Assembly (NCBI GenBank): GCA_965223505.1
Contig: CBDCWP010000039.1
Location: 304,523 to 368,522 of the forward strand
Reading direction: 5' to 3'
Source of the DNA: Planctomycetota bacterium
Lineage (GTDB): Bacteria > Planctomycetota > PLA2 > JAEUHO01
Length of the DNA stretch: 64,000 nt
Shown: positions 26,455 to 38,633 of the stretch, one piece after another
How the letters are laid out: every line of letters starts with the position of its first letter
Position numbering within the stretch: the first letter of the stretch is position 1
The notes under the pieces: model-generated
What the model was told of the DNA's origin: nothing
Databases searched by the model: none
The model's input: the letters and a program-made list of their open reading frames with translations, nothing else
Translations under genes and position numbers: made by a program

Positions 26455-27522
26455 CTACGCGTGCGCGGTCTCGGCGGCCGCCGATTTCGCGATCGCGTCG
26501 CCGACGGCGTCGAGGTGGTCGCGCTGCGGCGCGACGACGAACAGGTATTCCTTGTTGCGCAGGTGGCTCACACGCCCGACGCGCTCGCCCTTCGGGTTGT
26601 GGATCCCGATGCGGGCCCCGACGTACCGGTCGTAGTCCGACTCGAAGACCCGTACGTGGCCCTTGCGGCCAAGCAGCGTCTCCATCTCGGCGCGACTGAC
26701 GAAGCCCTCGTTGTTGAACGAGACGATCAGGTAGCGCGCGCGCACGGCATCGACCACGCGCTCCAGTGCCGCGTGGATCTTGCGCTTGCTGTTGAATTCC
26801 GACTTGAACGAGCGGCAGTCGACACGCTTGCGCGCGATGCCGTAGGTGCGCGGCTGGTCGTTGCGGACGAGCGTTTCCCAGACGTGGTAGTTGCCGCGAT
26901 AGCTGTGTTGGTTGTACGGCGGGTCCAGATACGCGAGGTCCGCGGAGAAGACGCTTGCCGCGGTCTCCGCCTCGAGCCGCGTCGCGGTGCCGACGCCCGG
27001 AAGGACGTCGGGAACGCGCAGCTCGAGATCGTTCGACGCGCGGGACGCCCACGACTTGAGATACGCCATCTGGACCCCGGTCGTCGAGTCGACGCGATCC
27101 GTCGCTTCCATGAGCGACGTCAGGCAGATCGCCTCGATGTCGGGATCGAGGTGGCGCAAGGCGATCTCGGAACGAATCGCGTCGACGCGCGCGCCGTTGC
27201 GGGGGTGCACGTAGCGCGCGTCCTGGCAGAACGTGCGTGTGAAGTAGCCGGGCGACGGACCGACCTGGTTGAGCTCGCGCAGGACCTTGCGCGCTTCGTC
27301 GAGGTGCAGCGCGGCGTCGGCCTGCACGTAGCAGCGCGCGATGACGTGCGCGAACGTGTTGTGGTCGTTCGCGACGACGTGGTACCCCGCGCGTTTCAGG
27401 GCGTGGCCGACGCGCGAGGTGCCGGCGAACAGGTCGAGGACGCGCCGCACGCCGGGGAGCGCACCCGCCGCTGCCACGATGCGCGGAATGAGCAGGCGCT
27501 TCGATCCGAGGTACTTGATCAC
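26455..27522 (-). CDS. DNA adenine methyltransferase (D12 class), orphan
   Basis: IKYLGSK, DLFAGT motif I, YLDPPY motif IV. Confidence 0.92.
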   Translation of the reverse strand: MIKYLGSKRLLIPRIVAAAGALPGVRRVLDLFAGTSRVGHALKRAGYHVVANDHNTFAHVIARCYVQADAALHLDEARKVLRELNQVGPSPGYFTRTFCQDARYVHPRNGARVDAIRSEIALRHLDPDIEAICLTSLMEATDRVDSTTGVQMAYLKSWASRASNDLELRVPDVLPGVGTATRLEAETAASVFSADLAYLDPPYNQHSYRGNYHVWETLVRNDQPRTYGIARKRVDCRSFKSEFNSKRKIHAALERVVDAVRARYLIVSFNNEGFVSRAEMETLLGRKGHVRVFESDYDRYVGARIGIHNPKGERVGRVSHLRNKEYLFVVAPQRDHLDAVGDAIAKSAAAETAHA

Positions 27523-27587
27523 CGGCTCATTGTCCCGGTGCCGGGGACGGGGGTACCGTGGGCGGCCCCGAACAGGAAGGCGAACCG

Positions 27588-27830
27588 ATGAACGCACCGG
27601 GCTTGAAGGTCGAGGATTGCTGGAGCGAAGGGGGCAAGCTGCGCCTCGAGGTGCACGAGGGCGGTCAGCGCATTCGCATGGCGGGCAACGCCGAGGGCAT
27701 GGTCGGCCTCGCCCGTGTGTTGCTGTATCTCGCGCACAACGGCCTGGACGAGGGCAAGGTCGTCTCCTTGGAGGCGTTCGACGCGTTTGGGGCAGGCGAC
27801 CCGACACTGGAGTTGGGGCCGCCCACGTAG
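27588..27830 (+). CDS. Imm32-like immunity protein (80 aa)
   Basis: W..GG.L...GNAEGMVGLARVLL.LA pattern; AGGAAGG RBS. Confidence 0.6.
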   Translation: MNAPGLKVEDCWSEGGKLRLEVHEGGQRIRMAGNAEGMVGLARVLLYLAHNGLDEGKVVSLEAFDAFGAGDPTLELGPPT

Positions 27831-27991
27831 GGGCCGCCCTTGTGGCTGCCCGACCGTGATGTAGGGGCAGCCCTTGTGGCTGCCCAATTGGGCGACCACG
27901 AGGGTCGCCCCTACATCCAACCCCGACCCCGATCCCGGAGCCCGGATCCGGTAACGAGCCCGGATCCGGCAACGAGCCCGGATCCGGCGAC
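27827..27991. repeat. Three GTAG REP-like palindromes plus 3 x 18-bp tandem repeat
   Basis: REPs at 27827-27851, 27861-27885 and inverted 27890-27914; GAGCCCGGATCCGGYRAC x3 at 27938-27991. Confidence 0.8.
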
Positions 27992-28005
27992 CGCGAGGTT
28001 CGCCG

Positions 28006-29490
28006 CTAGTCGAACAGACCTGCCCACCTCGTGCCGCGCATCGCTTCGTACGCATTCTTCTGCACCGCGCGCCGCACCGGGCTGTCCGTCGGCAGCAAGC
28101 GCAGATCCTGCGCCAGCTCGACCGCCTCCAGGCCACGCTCCGCGTCGATCGCCTCGGCGTGGCCGTCCATCTGCTCGCTCACGCTCTCGAGCAACTTCGT
28201 CGCGTGAACATACGCCTCGTCCAGGATCGCCTGGCGCGCCGCCTTGAGTTGCGCGTGCGCCCATACGTGCGCCTGATGCACCAGACGACGCAGCGCCGGA
28301 TCCGGCGTTCCCTTCGTCTTGGCCGCATGCGCGAGCACGTCACGCCACTGCCCGCGCGCCGCCGCCTCCTCGATCCGCCGTAGTCCGGTGCTGCGCCCCG
28401 CCGCGCGTTTCGGCGCCGTCGCCTTCGCGCTCGCGCGCTTCGTTCCGGAGGGCGTGAAGACACCGCCGTGCGGCCTCGTCGTCACCCGCGGTCCGGCCGA
28501 GATGTTCGCCGGCGGAAGGCCCACGTCGTCGGCCTGCAGCTCGCTGTCGGGGCTGCCGAAGGCCTCGTTCAAGTCGACCGCCGTCGGGCGGGACGGCGGG
28601 AGATTGGGCGCAGGGACGGTCCGCACCGGCTGCGGCGGGGGCGGCGGCGCGAACGTCGGCGGCGCGTCGCCGTCCGGGCTGCCGAACGAACTCGGCGCAG
28701 GCGGCGGTGCGGCCGGACGCGGACGCGGCTTCGCAGCGGCCGTGCGTCCCGGCGTGACGCGCGGACCGGGCTGCACCTTCGGTCGCGAGAGCTGTGATGG
28801 CGGAATCGGGTCGAAGCGCGGCGCGCCGCACTGCCCGTTCGCGCACTCGCCGTCGCAATCGTGGAAGAGCGGGCCGCGCCACCCGTCGGGCTTTTTCGCG
28901 ACAGGCTGCTTCGGGTCGCACGGAACGGTGAGCGTCTTGGACTTGCGCGGCTGCACCCTGCGCGGCTTGGCCGGCGCCGGTTTCCTGCGCGACGTCGAAC
29001 GCGCCGTCTTGCGGTGCGCCGCTTCGACGATCGTGAGGTCGCGGGCGAACTGCGCCGTCGTGCGGCGTCCCGCGAAGCCGTGGATCCATGTGCCGGACGG
29101 CGTCAGGAACGCGATGAACGGCAACATGCGGGCGTGTGCCAGCTTGCTGCGGAAGACGGCCTTCACCTCGGGTTCCGGCTCGTCGCACTCGGCCGCCAGC
29201 CCCACGCAGAGCTTGCTCATGCGACTGCGGATCGTCTTGTCGGGCAGCACCTGCGCGCAGAGCTTGCGGCACTGGGTGCAGCGGCTGCGGCCGTACTCGA
29301 CGAAGATCACCTTGTCGAGCCGCCGCGCCGCCCGCTTCGCCTCGGCGAGCTCGGTGTACCAGACGAGCGTGCCCCGGTCATCGAAGTAGGGGTGCCGCCC
29401 GCCGCCCGCGTCCGCCCGTTCCGCTCCCGCCAACATCCAACCCGCGAGGGTGGCCAGCACCAACCCACGCGTGAACTTCCGCATCGTCAT
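28006..29490 (-). CDS. Exported thioredoxin-fold (CTQC) protein with Pro-rich linker and helical C-domain
   Basis: Signal peptide, WYTELAEAK..A..K.IFV..CxxC. Confidence 0.8.
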   Translation of the reverse strand: MTMRKFTRGLVLATLAGWMLAGAERADAGGGRHPYFDDRGTLVWYTELAEAKRAARRLDKVIFVEYGRSRCTQCRKLCAQVLPDKTIRSRMSKLCVGLAAECDEPEPEVKAVFRSKLAHARMLPFIAFLTPSGTWIHGFAGRRTTAQFARDLTIVEAAHRKTARSTSRRKPAPAKPRRVQPRKSKTLTVPCDPKQPVAKKPDGWRGPLFHDCDGECANGQCGAPRFDPIPPSQLSRPKVQPGPRVTPGRTAAAKPRPRPAAPPPAPSSFGSPDGDAPPTFAPPPPPQPVRTVPAPNLPPSRPTAVDLNEAFGSPDSELQADDVGLPPANISAGPRVTTRPHGGVFTPSGTKRASAKATAPKRAAGRSTGLRRIEEAAARGQWRDVLAHAAKTKGTPDPALRRLVHQAHVWAHAQLKAARQAILDEAYVHATKLLESVSEQMDGHAEAIDAERGLEAVELAQDLRLLPTDSPVRRAVQKNAYEAMRGTRWAGLFD

Positions 29491-29979
29491 CTGGAGGCAA
29501 CCTCCCGCCTTCTTCCGTCCTACGGGCTGGACGCGACGCAAGCTCGGGACGGCGACTGCGCCGAGCACCCGGCAAGCCGGGAGCCTCGAACTCGGTACCG
29601 GCGACGAAGCGTTCCTTCGTGCGTCGCTCGCGAAGTGTCGGCGGCGCGTCCGATGAGCGCGCGCCGTACTCGATACGAGTACTTCGCGAATGGAATGCGA
29701 CTCACGCGGAGCATTCAGGCGCCGAACCCCTCCCGATTGGCGGGCACCATTCCGCTGCAGACGTCACGTCCTCCTAATCGGGCTCTCGGCCGGAATAACT
29801 CGGGCCTTGAACGATCGTGCGAAAAAAATTGCGGCGCGACGGGGACGGGCCGTTTCCGATCCGCCGAACGTGGCCGAATCGTCTCGACCTTCCCCTGGCT
29901 TCCGCGCGCGCGGCGCTCGCCTGCACCGTGTTGCCTGCGCGTCGTATCGCGAAGGCGACCGAGAGAAACGAGCGTCAGC

Positions 29980-31281
29980 TCACGCCGAGAAGAGCTCGCC
30001 CCACATCGAAGCTCCGAGGTCGCGCTTGGCGCGCTCGAGCCACTTGCTGCGCTCGTTCTTGTCGTGCGCGCCGCGCACCTTCTTGTAGTTGTAGATCGCC
30101 ACCGTGCCGCGCGCGGCCTCGCGGGCCAGGTCCGTGTCCGGCAGCTTGCTCTTCACGGCGCGCAAGGTGTACTTCGCGGCGTCGTACTCGCCGCTGCGGA
30201 TCTTCGCGAGCGCGTCGCGCAGCGCCTGGCGGGCCCAGCTTTCCAGCGCCTCGCTCGGCACGGGCCGGGGGCCGCTGGCCACCGGACGCGGCTTCGACGC
30301 CGTGGTCGACGGCGTCGGACCCGACCATTCCGGGGTGGAGGCGGCCGGCGCGGGGCCGGGCTCGCGCAGCGGGGGCAGCGACGACGGCGGCGGCGGCACG
30401 CCCGGTCCCGTGTACGCGAGACCGTCCGCGACGACGGGCGCTGCGTCGACCACCGCATCCGGGCTGCCGAGCGCGGCCGGTCGCGGAGCCACCAGACCGT
30501 CCGGCCGCAGCGCGTCGCTCTCCGGCGCGGGTGTGGTGTCCGCCAGTAGCGTGTCGGCCTCCGGCATCAGGTCCTCCGGGCGCGGCGCGGGCGCGTCCGG
30601 CGACGGACGCCCGGTGATGGCGTCGATCGGCTCCGGGTCGTCCGTCGGCCAGACGTCGCCGGGCATGCCGTACTCGCGCTCGCCGAACTCGTTGATCACC
30701 GACGCCATGCGCGGGCCCTCGGGCATCGTCGCGCCGATGCGCCGGTTCGACGCGACCGGGTAGATGCGCTGGGCGGTCGCGATGTCACCGAGGAACTCGC
30801 TCGTGTTGCGCGGGCCCCAGAAGCCGTGCACCCAACCCATCTCCGGCGTGAGGAACCCGACGAGCGGCATCAGCGCCGCGCCCTTCAGGTTGGCCCGCAG
30901 GGTCTTGTCGACCAGCGGTGTCTCCGGATGGCGGATGTCGTAGATGTAGCCCACCGACATCTGGCCGCAGCGCTGCGCGGTCGCCGGGACGATCTGGTTC
31001 TTGAACTTGTCGCAGAGGCCGCAGCCGGGCTTCGTCGAGACGCAGAGGATCAGCTTCTGCTCGGCCCGCGCGGCCGCCTGGGCCTGCGACATGTTCGTGT
31101 ACCAGCGGTAGGGCCCGGCGAGGTTGGCCGTCGTGCCGCCGGCCCCACCCGTGGAGGGGCCGTAGTTCACGACCGACGGCGTCGGCCGCGACGGCGCCGG
31201 CGTCGAGGCACCGGAGCTGCATGCGGCCAGCAGGGCGAAGACGCCTGCCAGCGCGACGAGGGTGACGAGGTTCCTAGCCAT
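29980..31281 (-). CDS. Thioredoxin-fold (CGLC) lipoprotein, paralog of 28006-29490
   Basis: LAAC lipobox, WYTNMSQAQ..CGLC, FLTP..WVHGF.G. Confidence 0.82.
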   Translation of the reverse strand: MARNLVTLVALAGVFALLAACSSGASTPAPSRPTPSVVNYGPSTGGAGGTTANLAGPYRWYTNMSQAQAAARAEQKLILCVSTKPGCGLCDKFKNQIVPATAQRCGQMSVGYIYDIRHPETPLVDKTLRANLKGAALMPLVGFLTPEMGWVHGFWGPRNTSEFLGDIATAQRIYPVASNRRIGATMPEGPRMASVINEFGEREYGMPGDVWPTDDPEPIDAITGRPSPDAPAPRPEDLMPEADTLLADTTPAPESDALRPDGLVAPRPAALGSPDAVVDAAPVVADGLAYTGPGVPPPPSSLPPLREPGPAPAASTPEWSGPTPSTTASKPRPVASGPRPVPSEALESWARQALRDALAKIRSGEYDAAKYTLRAVKSKLPDTDLAREAARGTVAIYNYKKVRGAHDKNERSKWLERAKRDLGASMWGELFSA

Positions 31282-31512
31282 GGATCAACTCCCTGTGTTC
31301 ACCGTCCGGTTCAGGTCGGAAGGTAGCGCCGCCGTCCGACGGAACAATCATTGGACGCCCGCCCTCCCCGGCTCGCGGGTGGACAGATTGTCACGGATTG
31401 CGGGTCGCGGGTCGAGCGCCCTGACAACATGGCATGGGCCGCGGCGACCGAGATCGACGCACTGGAACCCAACCTGAATGACAACAGGGTGTTACGTCGA
31501 TTCACCGCTGCC

Positions 31513-31528
31513 CGGCACGCGCTTGGCA
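31513..31528 (+). promoter_or_regulatory. Possible sigma54 -24/-12 promoter for the chaperone operon
   Basis: CGGCACGCGCTTGGCA fits GG-N10-GC, ~45 nt before groEL. Confidence 0.4.
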
Positions 31529-31572
31529 ATGCGTGCGGGACCGGGAGTCCCGGTTCGTCCAGAGGAGATGAC

Positions 31573-33201
31573 ATGGCGGCCAAGCAACTGGCGTTCGATC
31601 AAGAGGCTCGCGAGAAGATTCGCGCCGGCGTGCAGAAGCTCGCCCGCGCCGTCAAGGTGACCTACGGCCCGCGCGGCCGCAACGCGGTCATCGACAAGGG
31701 CTGGGGCAGCCCGACCATCACCAAAGACGGGGTGACGGTCGCCGAGGAGATCGAGTTCTCCGACCCGTACGAGGACATGGGTGCGCAGCTCGTCAAGGAA
31801 GCCGCGACCAAGACGTCCGACGTCGCCGGCGACGGCACCACGACGGCGACGGTCCTCGCCGAGGCCATCTATCTGCAGGCGCACAAGTACGTCGCCGCCG
31901 GCGCCGGCACCGCGGCGCTTGCACGCGGCATTCGCGCCGCGACCCAAGCGACGGTGGATGCGCTGAACAAGATGGCGCGCAAGGTCTCGTCCGACCGCAA
32001 GCACGTGAAGCAGGTCGCGACGATCGCCGCCAACGGCGACACCGAAGTCGGCGCGATGATCGCGGAAGCGATGGACAAGGTGGGGAAGGACGGCGTGATC
32101 ACGATCGAGGAGGGCAAGACGCTCGACACGACCGTGAGCGTCATCCAGGGCATGCAGTTCGATCGCGGCTTCCTCTCGCCGCACTTCGTCACCGACCCGG
32201 AGCGGATGGAAGCGGCGATCGAGAACCCGCTGATCCTCGTCTGGGAGGACAAGATCTCCGCGGCCGCCAAGCTGGTGCCGTTGCTCGAGTCCATCTCGAA
32301 GACCGGCCGTCCGCTGGCGATCATCGCCGAGGACATCGAAGGCGACGCACTCGCCACGTTGGTGCTCAACAAGCTGCGCGGCGTCGTGCAGACGGTCGCG
32401 GTGAAGGCGCCCGGCTACGGCGACCGCCGCAAGGCGATGCTCGAGGACATCGGCGTGCTCACGGGCGCGACCCCGATCTTCAAGGATCTCGGCCGCGACC
32501 TCGACACCGTCACGCTCGACGACCTGGGCACGTGCCGGCGCCTGACGGTCGACGGCGACACGACGGTCATCGTCGAGGGCGCCGGGACGGCCAAGGACAT
32601 CAAGGCGCGCATGGAGCGCATCCGCTCGGAGATCGAGGCGACCGACTCGGACTACGACCGCGAGAAGCTCCAGGAGCGTCTGGCGAAGCTCTCGGGCGGC
32701 GTGGCGCAGATCGAGGTCGGCGCCGCGACCGAGACCGAGATGAAGGAGCGCAAGGCGCGCGTCGAAGACGCTCTGCACGCGACCCGCGCGGCGGTCGAAG
32801 AGGGCATCCTGCCCGGCGGCGGCACGGCGTTCGTCCGCGCGGAGAAGGCGGTCGACGCGCTGTTGGCGTCCGGCACCTACGAAGGTGACGAGGCGCTGGG
32901 CGTGCAGGTCGTTCGCGACGCGCTCGCCGTGCCCGTGCGCGCGATCGCCGACAACGCCGGCTACGAAGGTCACGTCGTGCTGCGCAACGTGCGCCGCGCG
33001 AAGAAGTCCGAGGGCTTCGACGCCCACAAGGGCGAGATCGGCGACATGTTCGAGGCCGGCATCGTGGACCCGACGAAGGTCGCGCGCTCGGCGTTGCAGA
33101 ACGCTTCGAGCGTCGCGGCGCTGCTGATGTCGACCGACGCGCTCATCGCGAACCTGCCCGAGAAGGAACACGAGGAAGAAGACATGGAGGAGGGGTTCTA
33201 G
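31573..33201 (+). CDS. groL: Chaperonin GroEL (copy 1)
   Basis: [43 protein letters not shown]. Confidence 0.98.
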   Translation: MAAKQLAFDQEAREKIRAGVQKLARAVKVTYGPRGRNAVIDKGWGSPTITKDGVTVAEEIEFSDPYEDMGAQLVKEAATKTSDVAGDGTTTATVLAEAIYLQAHKYVAAGAGTAALARGIRAATQATVDALNKMARKVSSDRKHVKQVATIAANGDTEVGAMIAEAMDKVGKDGVITIEEGKTLDTTVSVIQGMQFDRGFLSPHFVTDPERMEAAIENPLILVWEDKISAAAKLVPLLESISKTGRPLAIIAEDIEGDALATLVLNKLRGVVQTVAVKAPGYGDRRKAMLEDIGVLTGATPIFKDLGRDLDTVTLDDLGTCRRLTVDGDTTVIVEGAGTAKDIKARMERIRSEIEATDSDYDREKLQERLAKLSGGVAQIEVGAATETEMKERKARVEDALHATRAAVEEGILPGGGTAFVRAEKAVDALLASGTYEGDEALGVQVVRDALAVPVRAIADNAGYEGHVVLRNVRRAKKSEGFDAHKGEIGDMFEAGIVDPTKVARSALQNASSVAALLMSTDALIANLPEKEHEEEDMEEGF

Positions 33202-33222
33202 GCCCCTTTCGAGGAGAAGAAC

Positions 33223-33510
33223 ATGGGTATCCGTCCCCTCTACGACCGCATCGTGGTCAAGCCCGTCGAAGCCGAAGAGAAGTCGGCTGGCGGCATCCTG
33301 CTTCCCGACAGCGCGAAGGAAAAGCCGCTGCGCGCCAAGGTCATCGCGACCGGCGACGGCGAGCTGCGTGACGGCAAGCGTCTGCCCCTCACCGTCAAGA
33401 AGGGCGACGAGATCCTGTTCGGCAAGTACGCCGGCACGGAGATCAAGTACCAGGGCGAAGAGCTCAAGATCCTGAAGGAAAGCGAAGTCCTCGCCATCTT
33501 CGAGAAGTAG
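33223..33510 (+). CDS. groS: Co-chaperonin GroES
   Basis: [23 protein letters not shown]. Confidence 0.98.
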   Translation: MGIRPLYDRIVVKPVEAEEKSAGGILLPDSAKEKPLRAKVIATGDGELRDGKRLPLTVKKGDEILFGKYAGTEIKYQGEELKILKESEVLAIFEK

Positions 33511-33562
33511 GAACCGGAACCAACGCATCCCCGCGGCGAAGTCGCGGCAAACGGAGAGGCCC

Positions 33563-35173
<1,611 letters not shown>

Positions 35174-35223
35174 CGCTCCGGCCCGTCTCCCGAATCCCGT
35201 AGTTCCCCGGAGTACCATTCGCC

Positions 35224-36369
35224 GTGCCCGACGTGGGAAAGCGCGACTACTACGAGGTGCTCGGGGTTGCCCGCACCGCAAGCGACAAAGAGATCAAGGC
35301 CGCCTACCGGCGGCTCGCGCTCAAGCTGCACCCCGACAAGAATCCGGGTGATGCGAGCGCCGAGGAGCGCTTCAAGGAGGCGTCCGAGGCCTACGACGTG
35401 CTCTCGGACGGCAACAAGCGCGAGATATACGACCGCCACGGTCACGCGGGGCTCGACGGCCAGGTCGGGTTCGGCAACGTCGGCGACATCTTCGGCGCCT
35501 TCCAGGACATCTTCGGCGGGGACCTCTTCAGCTCGTTCTTCGGGGGCGCCCGCTCCGGTCGGGCTCGGCGGGGCGCGGACGTGCCCGTCGAGGCGCGCCT
35601 GACCTTCGACGAGATGGCCGACGGCGTCGAGAAGACCCTCAAGATCCGTCGCCGCATGAGCTGCGAGACGTGCGACGGATCCGGTTCGCGCGAGGGCAAG
35701 CCCCCGCTCACGTGCACGACGTGCAACGGCAACGGCATCGTCATGTCGAGCCAGGGGTTCTTCTCCGTTCGCCGCACGTGTCCGCGCTGTCGCGGCGAGG
35801 GCAGCGTCGTGCAGGACCCCTGCGCGAAATGCGACGGCGAGGGCGCGGTCATGGGACGCCGCGACCTGACGGTGAAGATCCCCGCCGGCGTCCACGACGG
35901 CGTGATCCTGCGCGTGCCGCGCGAGGGCGAGCCCGCGCCGCGCGGCGGTGTGCCGGGCGACCTGAACGTGCACGTACGCGTCGAGGAGCACCCCATCTTC
36001 GTGCGCTCGCCGGAAGACCCGTCGGATCTGTACCTGCGCGTACCGATTCCGATCGCGACGGCCTTGCTCGGCGGCAGCGTCGAGATCCCTTCGTTGGAGG
36101 GGTCGATGGAGATCGACGTCGATCCGGGTACGGCGCCCGGGGCGACGTTGCGCGTGCGCGGTCAAGGCCTGCCGCGGTTCCAGTCGCGCGGACGCGGCAG
36201 CGTCTACGTGCGCGTGGCCTACGACATTCCGAAGAGCCCGAGTCGCAAGTTGCGCAAGGCGCTCGAGACGTTGCGCGATGTGGAGCAGAACGAAACCGGC
36301 CCGGAGCGCCGTCGTTTCGCCGACCAGCTGCGAGAGCATCTGCGTGCCTTGGAGAAGAAGCGGCGCTAG
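35224..36369 (+). CDS. dnaJ: Chaperone DnaJ
   Basis: J domain HPD, four CxxCxGxG repeats. Confidence 0.97.
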   Translation: MPDVGKRDYYEVLGVARTASDKEIKAAYRRLALKLHPDKNPGDASAEERFKEASEAYDVLSDGNKREIYDRHGHAGLDGQVGFGNVGDIFGAFQDIFGGDLFSSFFGGARSGRARRGADVPVEARLTFDEMADGVEKTLKIRRRMSCETCDGSGSREGKPPLTCTTCNGNGIVMSSQGFFSVRRTCPRCRGEGSVVQDPCAKCDGEGAVMGRRDLTVKIPAGVHDGVILRVPREGEPAPRGGVPGDLNVHVRVEEHPIFVRSPEDPSDLYLRVPIPIATALLGGSVEIPSLEGSMEIDVDPGTAPGATLRVRGQGLPRFQSRGRGSVYVRVAYDIPKSPSRKLRKALETLRDVEQNETGPERRRFADQLREHLRALEKKRR

Positions 36370-36408
36370 CGCTCAGCGCCCTCGAACGAAAGTGATTGAG
36401 CAAGACCG

Positions 36409-37029
36409 ATGAACGAACCCGACGAGCTGCCGGCCCCCGAGGACGACACCGAAGCGATCGTCCCCGACGAGGCCGAGGCGCAAGACCAGGAGCAAGCCGA
36501 CGAGGAAGCGCTCGACGTCGACGCCTTGAAGGCGCGCGCGAAGCGGGCGGACGAGCTCGAGGACCGCCTGCGCCGGGCGGAGGCCGACTTCATGAACGAG
36601 ACGAAGCGACTTCGCCGCCTCGCCGAGAACGATGCGAAGTTCGCGGTCGAGCAGGTCGTCGTCGAGCTCATCCCGCTCATCGACGCGCTGCACAGCGCGG
36701 GTACCGGGCTCGGGGACGGCGAAGCCGCCGCCAACATGCGGCAGGGGCTCGACCTCGTCGGCAAGCAGCTGCTCGACGTGTTGAAGAAGCACGGCGTCGA
36801 GCCGATCGACGCCGAGGGCGAGACGTTCGACCCGAACCGCCACGAGGCGATCTACGTGCGTGAGCTCGAGGACGTCGAGCCGGACAGCGTCATCGAGGTG
36901 CTGCGTCCCGGGTTCAGCCTGCATGGCCGCGTCGTGCGACCCGTCGAGGTCGGCGTCGCGAAGGCGCCGGCCGGTGAGCCCGCCGAGCCGAGCGACGAAG
37001 GCGGCGGCGAGTCGGAGGAGGGCGCGTAA
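36409..37029 (+). CDS. grpE: Nucleotide exchange factor GrpE
   Basis: ADFMN..KR, FDPNRHEA, GRVVRP.V. Confidence 0.95.
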   Translation: MNEPDELPAPEDDTEAIVPDEAEAQDQEQADEEALDVDALKARAKRADELEDRLRRAEADFMNETKRLRRLAENDAKFAVEQVVVELIPLIDALHSAGTGLGDGEAAANMRQGLDLVGKQLLDVLKKHGVEPIDAEGETFDPNRHEAIYVRELEDVEPDSVIEVLRPGFSLHGRVVRPVEVGVAKAPAGEPAEPSDEGGGESEEGA

Positions 37030-37328
37030 TGCCGACCTACGACTACGAGTGCTCCGGCTGCGGACATCACTTCGAGCATTTCCAGAGCATGTCGAGTCGC
37101 AAGCTGCGCAAGTGCCCGTCGTGCGAGAAGCCGAAGCTGGTTCGCCTCATGGGTTCCGGATCCGGCGTCATCTTCAAGGGCTCGGGGTTCTACGAGACGG
37201 ACTACAAGCGCTCGTCGACGCCGTCGTCCGATGCGTCGAAGGACGGCGAGAAGAGCGCGTCGAAGGACAGCGCCTCGGAGACCAAGTCCGAACCCGCGTC
37301 CGACACCACGTCGAGCACGGACGATTGA
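37029..37328 (+). CDS. FmdB-family zinc ribbon protein
   Basis: MPTYDYECSGCGH..CPSC..FKGSGFYETDY. Confidence 0.93.
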   Translation: MPTYDYECSGCGHHFEHFQSMSSRKLRKCPSCEKPKLVRLMGSGSGVIFKGSGFYETDYKRSSTPSSDASKDGEKSASKDSASETKSEPASDTTSSTDD

Positions 37329-37549
37329 GCGACGCGGCGTCCCAGGCCGCGAAGTGCCCGACCTGCGACGGGGAGGTCGCGGCGGACAGCGTTGCGGCGC
37401 CCTTTTGCTCCGATCGCTGCAAGTGGGTGGACCTCGGCCGGTGGCTTCGGGGAGACTATGTGATTCCCGCGGAGGACGCGGTCGACTTCGGCGACGAGGT
37501 CGTGCCGCCCGAGTCCGAAGCCGTCGGAGGCGACCCTGACCACGATTGA
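37325..37549 (+). CDS. yacG: DNA gyrase inhibitor YacG
   Basis: CPTC..PFCSDRCKWVDLGRW; TTG start overlapping the upstream stop. Confidence 0.9.
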   Translation: MSDAASQAAKCPTCDGEVAADSVAAPFCSDRCKWVDLGRWLRGDYVIPAEDAVDFGDEVVPPESEAVGGDPDHD

Positions 37550-38633
37550 CCTTTGGCACCGAGCCGGCCGCGCCGCGGGCGACGACCGCAAGCGCTTTCT
37601 AGCGTTGCAGGGCGTCCTCTGGTCGGTGCCGGTCCTCGTGCTCGGCGCCTTCGCGACGCATGCGGTCACGGTCGGGTTCGCCGCCGCGATCGACGGCTTG
37701 AAGCAGCCGTACGAGCTCGTGGTCGCGCCCTTGCGCGGCGCCTACGAAGCCGACGCCGATCTCGCGCTGTTCGGCTACGTGCTGTGGCAGAGCTTCCTGT
37801 TGTGTCTCCTGTGGGGCTACTTCGGCGGGGCGCTCGCCCGTCTCGCCGCGGTGGATCTCGCGTTGGGCCGCAAGGAGGAGGGCGCGGCGGCCGCCGAGTT
37901 CGCGCGGCGCCACTGGCGCGGCAACGTCGGCGCGCGGCTTGCGATCTGGGCGGCGATCCTGATGCCGCTCGTCGCCGCGACGGTCGTCGCGCTCGCCGGC
38001 CGCATCGGGGGGCCGATCGGCGCGGCCCTCCTGGCGGCGGCGGTCGTCGTGGCCGCCGGGCTCGCGCTGTTGGCCGTCGTCCTCGGCAGCGTCTACGTGT
38101 TGGCGGGCTTCCTCACCGGGCCGACGGTCGCGTGCGAGGACTCGGACGCGTTCGACGCCGTGAGCCGCACGTTCAGCTACGCAGGCGCGGGCTTGCCGCG
38201 GCTCGTGTGGTTGCGATTGATGTTCCTGGGCGGCGTGCTGCTCGGCGTCGGTTGGCGCCTCGCGCGGACCGTGCTGATCATCGCGTTGACCCTCGTTTGT
38301 CTGCGCGTCGGCGCGGGCGCGGAGCGCATCGAGCGCGCGACGGCCATCCTCGGCGCGATGGGAGCGCCGCACGACGCGGATCGTCTCGGCATCGGCGCGA
38401 TGGACTACGTCGTCGCGTTGACCATGGTGCTGGCGTTCGGCGGGCTCGTCGTGCTGTGGATCGCGGACTGGGTCTCGCGCGTCGCTTGCGCGCGCGTCGC
38501 CGTGTATCTGCTGCTTCGGCGCGACACGGATCACGTGCCTGCCGATCAGCTGCGCACGCCGCCGCGCGCCACGGGTCATCAAGGTCCGGAGGAAGCGGGC
38601 TTCGTCGAGGTGGCGCGCGTCGCGGATGAGTGA
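37536..38633 (+). CDS. Multi-pass membrane hypothetical protein
   Basis: About 6 TM segments; start either CTG 37536 (GGAGG RBS) or TTG 37605. Confidence 0.75.
   Translation: MTTIDLWHRAGRAAGDDRKRFLALQGVLWSVPVLVLGAFATHAVTVGFAAAIDGLKQPYELVVAPLRGAYEADADLALFGYVLWQSFLLCLLWGYFGGALARLAAVDLALGRKEEGAAAAEFARRHWRGNVGARLAIWAAILMPLVAATVVALAGRIGGPIGAALLAAAVVVAAGLALLAVVLGSVYVLAGFLTGPTVACEDSDAFDAVSRTFSYAGAGLPRLVWLRLMFLGGVLLGVGWRLARTVLIIALTLVCLRVGAGAERIERATAILGAMGAPHDADRLGIGAMDYVVALTMVLAFGGLVVLWIADWVSRVACARVAVYLLLRRDTDHVPADQLRTPPRATGHQGPEEAGFVEVARVADE

Noticed and set aside
31351..31572. N-terminal extension of GroEL and a CIRCE operator
   Set aside because: The RBS and MAAK start are at 31573, and no TTAGCACTC-N9-GAGTGCTAA match is present.
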